A stretch of DNA of 64,000 bases from the NCBI GenBank assembly GCA_022827835.1, contig JAJEIO010000048.1, forward strand, positions 62,687-126,686. The letters are read 5' to 3'. A model generated the notes under the pieces. The model did no database searches and was not told the origin of the DNA. It saw nothing but the letters and a program-made list of their open reading frames with translations. Shown in pieces: positions 60,668 to 64,000 of the stretch (position 1 is its first letter; every line of letters starts with the position of its first letter). Origin of the DNA: Candidatus Latescibacterota bacterium. GTDB taxonomy: Bacteria > Latescibacterota > UBA2968 > UBA8231. A program made the translations under genes and the position numbers.

Positions 60668-62239
60668 ATGACCAAATTGATCTTATGTGCGATCATTGCG
60701 CTGAGTCTGACAGGTTGCTTCCGCGCTGCGGACTTGGGCCAGCTACGCCGGGAAATAGAGCGCGAACTACCCGAGGTCCAATACGAGCGGCAAATTGAAA
60801 TGAGCTTTGGCTCCACGAGCATGGGCTTTGCTCGCTTGGTCACCTTTTTTGTGCCCCCTAGCTGGTGGGTACGCGGTATGCTGAGCGAAATTCGCGCGGT
60901 CAAAGTGGGCGTGTACACGGCCCGCCACACTCCTTCCCGGCAGGACTGGGGAATGCCGTCTCAGATACGGGAATTGTTGGCACACAAAAATTGGGAAGTG
61001 GCCCTCAAAGTGCGCCAAGATGGGGAAGTGGCTTGGCTACTCTACCGCATCCGCGGTCAGACCGTAGATCAAATGCACCTCGTCGTCCTCAGCGACGAAG
61101 ACCTAATCCTAGTGCGTCTCGAAGGTCGCCTAGAGCACTTGCTCGCCCGGGCGCTGCAATATCCCCGCGACTTAGAAACCAGCCATTTCGCCGGCTGGCA
61201 GGGCCAGTGGGACAGAGACCTTGAATGGCAGCCAGAAGGCTTGGTCGCCCAGTACAATAAAGTGGATGGCCTCTATCTGGGCTGGCGTCCCCGGATTCCG
61301 TTCAACGACTTTTCCCGGCTGGTGCAATACGGCGAGTTGGGGCGGGGCTTGGGCAGCGACTACTGGCATTACCAGTTGGGGGCCGAGTGGCTGGCGGTGG
61401 AGCGGAACTCGGGGCCGTACGTCGCGCGTTTAGGTGCCGAGTTACACGATCTGACTGATACCCAAGATTACTGGCTATTATCGGCCGAGGAAAATTCGCT
61501 GGATGCCGTGCTGTTCAGGCGCGATTTCCGCGATTACTATCGCCGTACGGGCTTCAGCGTCTATGCGGTGCAAGGCTTGGGCACCGACCTGCGCTTGACC
61601 GTCCGCTATACCCAAGACGATTTCTCTTCCTTGGAAAACAGCGTCCAGTGGGCCTTGTTGGGCCGCTTGGGGCGAGACCGCTTCCGCCCCAATCCAGCCA
61701 TTGACGAGGAGCGCTACAAAAGCCTGCGGGCCGAACTGCGCTGGGACAGCCGCGATAGCCGCCACAGCCCTCGGCGCGGCTGGTTTGTCAATGGCTTTGG
61801 CGAGCGGGCCGGAGGAACTTGGGGCGGGGACCGAGACTTTGCGCGCTATATCCTCGATGTGCGGCGCTACCAACCCGTGAGCCAAGGCAGCCGCCTCGAT
61901 ATGCGCCTGCGTCTAGGACGAGCCACTGGATCAGTACCGCGACAGTACCACTTTAACTTGGGCGGTTTTTCTTCCTTGCGCGGCTATGGCTTCAAGGAGT
62001 TCAGCGGCGATAGAATGGTGCTGTTCAACGCCGAGCACTGGATGCAAGGGAATCGGGTAAATGTGGGCTTTTTTGCCGATGCTGGGTCGGCTTGGCTGGC
62101 AGATGAGGCCGACTTCGATCTGCAAGTTAGCGGCGGCCTAGGGTTGCACAGGGATTATTTCCGCCTCTACATTGCCCGCCCTGTCTCCAACCAGACGCGC
62201 GACCTCAATGTGTCCCTGCGCTTCAGCCGGACGTTTTGA
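60668..62239 (+). CDS. lipoprotein with N-terminal DUF4252-like domain fused to a C-terminal Omp85/Bac_surface_Ag beta-barrel
   Basis: Lipobox ALSLTGC. N-terminal domain: IRAVKVGVYTARH...HLVVLSDEDLILVRLEGRLEHLL, DUF4252-like. C-terminal about 330 aa: ELRWDSRDSRHSPRRGWF..., FNLGGFSSLRGYGFKEFSGDRMVLFNAEHW, GFFADAGSAW, GGLGLH...RLYIARPV, terminal ...LRFSRTF (an aromatic C-terminal OMP signature). Confidence 0.65.
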   Translation: MTKLILCAIIALSLTGCFRAADLGQLRREIERELPEVQYERQIEMSFGSTSMGFARLVTFFVPPSWWVRGMLSEIRAVKVGVYTARHTPSRQDWGMPSQIRELLAHKNWEVALKVRQDGEVAWLLYRIRGQTVDQMHLVVLSDEDLILVRLEGRLEHLLARALQYPRDLETSHFAGWQGQWDRDLEWQPEGLVAQYNKVDGLYLGWRPRIPFNDFSRLVQYGELGRGLGSDYWHYQLGAEWLAVERNSGPYVARLGAELHDLTDTQDYWLLSAEENSLDAVLFRRDFRDYYRRTGFSVYAVQGLGTDLRLTVRYTQDDFSSLENSVQWALLGRLGRDRFRPNPAIDEERYKSLRAELRWDSRDSRHSPRRGWFVNGFGERAGGTWGGDRDFARYILDVRRYQPVSQGSRLDMRLRLGRATGSVPRQYHFNLGGFSSLRGYGFKEFSGDRMVLFNAEHWMQGNRVNVGFFADAGSAWLADEADFDLQVSGGLGLHRDYFRLYIARPVSNQTRDLNVSLRFSRTF

Positions 62240-62317
62240 GATTGATCAGCGGATGCGCCGTCGATACAACTTTGCGATTCGGACGGCGTGCGCCTCGCCG
62301 CCCGGACCAATCCGGGC

Positions 62318-63466
62318 TCAATCCGATGCTATTTGATAGGGCAATGGTTTTGGATCGAGCCATTCTACAATTCGATCTTTTATCGCCCAAGCAAAAAAGA
62401 AATTTCCGCGCGGCGTGTGATGCCCGATATAATACGGTGCCAAAAACGTCTGTACATCCCCTCGATATGTCGCGTATTCTTCCTGAAAAGCATCGCGCAA
62501 ATCGATCATCGGTATGTCCTTTGTCGCCAACCAATCCAAAAACGTCTGGTCAAAAAGCGGCTCGCCCTTCAGGGCATTCGCTACATTGTGCGAACCAAAT
62601 GACAAAATTACCAGCAGCTTTTTTCCATTGGCCTTTGTAAACGCCTCGGCCTTTTCAATCACAAACCGCGTTGCAAACAGAGCCGCTTCAGTATGCAGGC
62701 TGTAAACCTCGGCATCTGATCCCGCATTCTCGAGCTCTCCCCCCATACTTTGCGCCATTGCCGCCGCGTCTTCCACACTGCCTTGGCGCGCCATAACCGC
62801 GTGCAAAATCGGATCGTCGCCAAAAGTCTCCCACACCCAATCCGCATCGCATAACCGATAGAGTTCTTCGGGAGTCTTACACAAATTCTCGCGCTCTTCC
62901 ACGGTTCCGCTTTCCAGATTCACGCACAAATGCGGCAGCGTAAACCGCCCCTGTCGTCCCATGCGAATGGACCGCCACGCATCCAAATTGCGAAAGTGAT
63001 CGTCGTCCCACACGTTCAAAATTACGTATTCGGCGGGATATTCCCTCTCCACAATTAACATTCGCCGATATGCTTGATACACACTGTGCCCGCCAATGCC
63101 GTAATTGCGAACAGGTTCCAGCAGATGCGCGGCCAAATACTCCTGCCATGTCTCCCCATTGCTGACCTGATCGCAATGCGTAAAGCTATTCCCATACGTA
63201 TGGATGCGACACGGGCGATCCGCGTAATTGACTACCCGCCGCGCACCGTCTTTCTCGTACGCGTAAAACCCGAGCGAATCATCCACACCACCACCGCGAA
63301 ACCCATCGCAAACCACCCATCCGATCTCGGGATCAAACGCCGACTGTGCATTATTACACATAATCCTCGCCAACTCTACCGGCACATTGGTCTTCGCAGG
63401 TGTCACAAAATGATCCACCATCTCGCGCGTTGGCATAATCGATTCCAAATATTCGCGTCTTGTCAT
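62318..63466 (-). CDS. SGNH/GDSL-like hydrolase family protein (divergent)
   Basis: Start moved to the ATG at 63466 (MTRREYLESIM), with GAAAGGA upstream; the first 104 aa of the track ORF overlap the upstream gene and are Arg-rich. Blocks: IHTYGNSFTHC (G-N-S in place of G-D-S), NYGIGGHS (block II Gly), YIGHHTPRGN (block V-like His). Confidence 0.45.
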   Translation of the reverse strand: MTRREYLESIMPTREMVDHFVTPAKTNVPVELARIMCNNAQSAFDPEIGWVVCDGFRGGGVDDSLGFYAYEKDGARRVVNYADRPCRIHTYGNSFTHCDQVSNGETWQEYLAAHLLEPVRNYGIGGHSVYQAYRRMLIVEREYPAEYVILNVWDDDHFRNLDAWRSIRMGRQGRFTLPHLCVNLESGTVEERENLCKTPEELYRLCDADWVWETFGDDPILHAVMARQGSVEDAAAMAQSMGGELENAGSDAEVYSLHTEAALFATRFVIEKAEAFTKANGKKLLVILSFGSHNVANALKGEPLFDQTFLDWLATKDIPMIDLRDAFQEEYATYRGDVQTFLAPYYIGHHTPRGNFFFAWAIKDRIVEWLDPKPLPYQIASD

Positions 63467-63482
63467 CGCGGGATCCTTTCGC

Positions 63483-64000
63483 CTATTTCGATTTCGGTTC
63501 GGTTGCCGCCAAAACCGCTTCCGGCGCCGTGCCAACAAGGTTGAGATAAACCTCTGGATCGGTCGCCCCCTCGGTTGCAATGACGACGATACGGCTGTTG
63601 CAATCGAGGCCAAGCTGCTGGCGCAGATTTTCGTCACGGGTCGTTGCCAGAAATCCCGCCCACGCTGCAATCCCCGTTTCACCAATGACCATTGGGGAAT
63701 CGCCACCAACACCGGTCGCCGCTTGTCGTATGGCATCAACAGCCGCTTCGTCGGGGATAGTAAGAAAGGCGAAAGCACCGGCCTTTAGAATATCCCACGC
63801 TTGGGGCGAAGCGGATTCAACGACTAGTCCGTCCATGACCGATTGACCATCCCCGCTGACGGTTGCTGCGCTGTTTGCAATCGCGCTTTGGTATAGGCAG
63901 GCAGATGTGGTGGGTTCAACAACAACTATCCGCGGATGGTTGCTCTCATAGCGCTCCCACAAATGCCCGCAGGTCGCCGCGGCCAATCGGCCGCCACCGC
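63483..64000 (-). CDS. dpaL: diaminopropionate ammonia-lyase-like PLP enzyme, C-terminal part (gene runs off the right edge)
   Basis: IVVVEPTTSACLYQS...VSGDGQSVMDGLVVESASPQAWDILK..FAFLTIPDEAAVDAIRQ....GDSPMVIGETGIAAWAGFLA...LGLDCNSRIVVIATEGATDPEVY is colinear with the YgeX/DpaL C-terminal half (tryptophan-synthase-beta fold). The reading frame is open to the window end. Confidence 0.65.
   Translation of the reverse strand, partial: GGGRLAAATCGHLWERYESNHPRIVVVEPTTSACLYQSAIANSAATVSGDGQSVMDGLVVESASPQAWDILKAGAFAFLTIPDEAAVDAIRQAATGVGGDSPMVIGETGIAAWAGFLATTRDENLRQQLGLDCNSRIVVIATEGATDPEVYLNLVGTAPEAVLAATEPKSK

Noticed and set aside
62255-62316. Hairpins between the convergent Omp85-like and SGNH-like genes (CGCCGTC...GACGGCG; GCCCGGA-CCAA-TCCGGGC)
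   Set aside because: Plausible terminators by position, but neither has a U-tract on either strand, so they are not called as features.
1-64000. Mobile elements, prophage, toxin-antitoxin or known defence systems
   Set aside because: No transposase, integrase, recombinase, phage structural, Cas, restriction-modification or TA-like genes were recognised. The only mobile-DNA-like traces are the DUF3800 remnant and the 80-bp duplication, which are reported separately.

Overview
Visibly GC-rich bacterial chromosomal segment with dense coding on both strands: about 55 protein genes, one tRNA-Phe, and no rRNA, CRISPR array, transposase or integrase. The long antisense and alternate-frame ORFs in the track look like GC artefacts. 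Confident calls are selA, lptF/lptG, the T9SS translocon gene sprA (2176 aa), comEA, coaD, dprA, feoAB, anmK, an M16C insulinase-type peptidase, murA, a sulfatase with a formylglycine-generating enzyme, two ECF sigma/anti-sigma modules, and a PhyH / Gfo-Idh-MocA / UxaA-type operon. SprA, LptFG, an Omp85-type barrel and DUF4252 proteins suggest a diderm of the FCB-like or a candidate-phylum radiation with a sulfated-glycan heterotroph lifestyle; this is inference only. Regions worth a second look: (1) 20.4-30.1 kb, a same-strand cassette of four GT-C type glycosyltransferases plus GtrA and a sugar-phosphate isomerase. It is bracketed by two near-identical PMT/TMTC-like TPR paralogues, and the GT22 member is interrupted at a T6 run that is also a -1 slippery heptamer. 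(2) 49.2-51.7 kb, a rearrangement scar holding a 5'-truncated DUF3800 remnant and an AlaRS reduced to its catalytic domain. The stop codon of that alaS fragment lies in an 80-bp diverged duplicate of the 3' tail of the neighbouring uxaA-like gene, and an intrinsic terminator abuts its RBS. (3) A roughly 65-nt conserved intergenic element occurs twice, upstream of the two genes preceding an ECF sigma/anti-sigma pair. (4) An ECF / anti-sigma / DUF4252 / DUF4252-lipoprotein::Omp85-barrel module. (5) A degenerate PilM/PilN-like pair sits between comEA and dprA. (6) SprA carries a repetitive charged low-complexity insert. All functional calls rest on motif recognition by eye; no database search was run.
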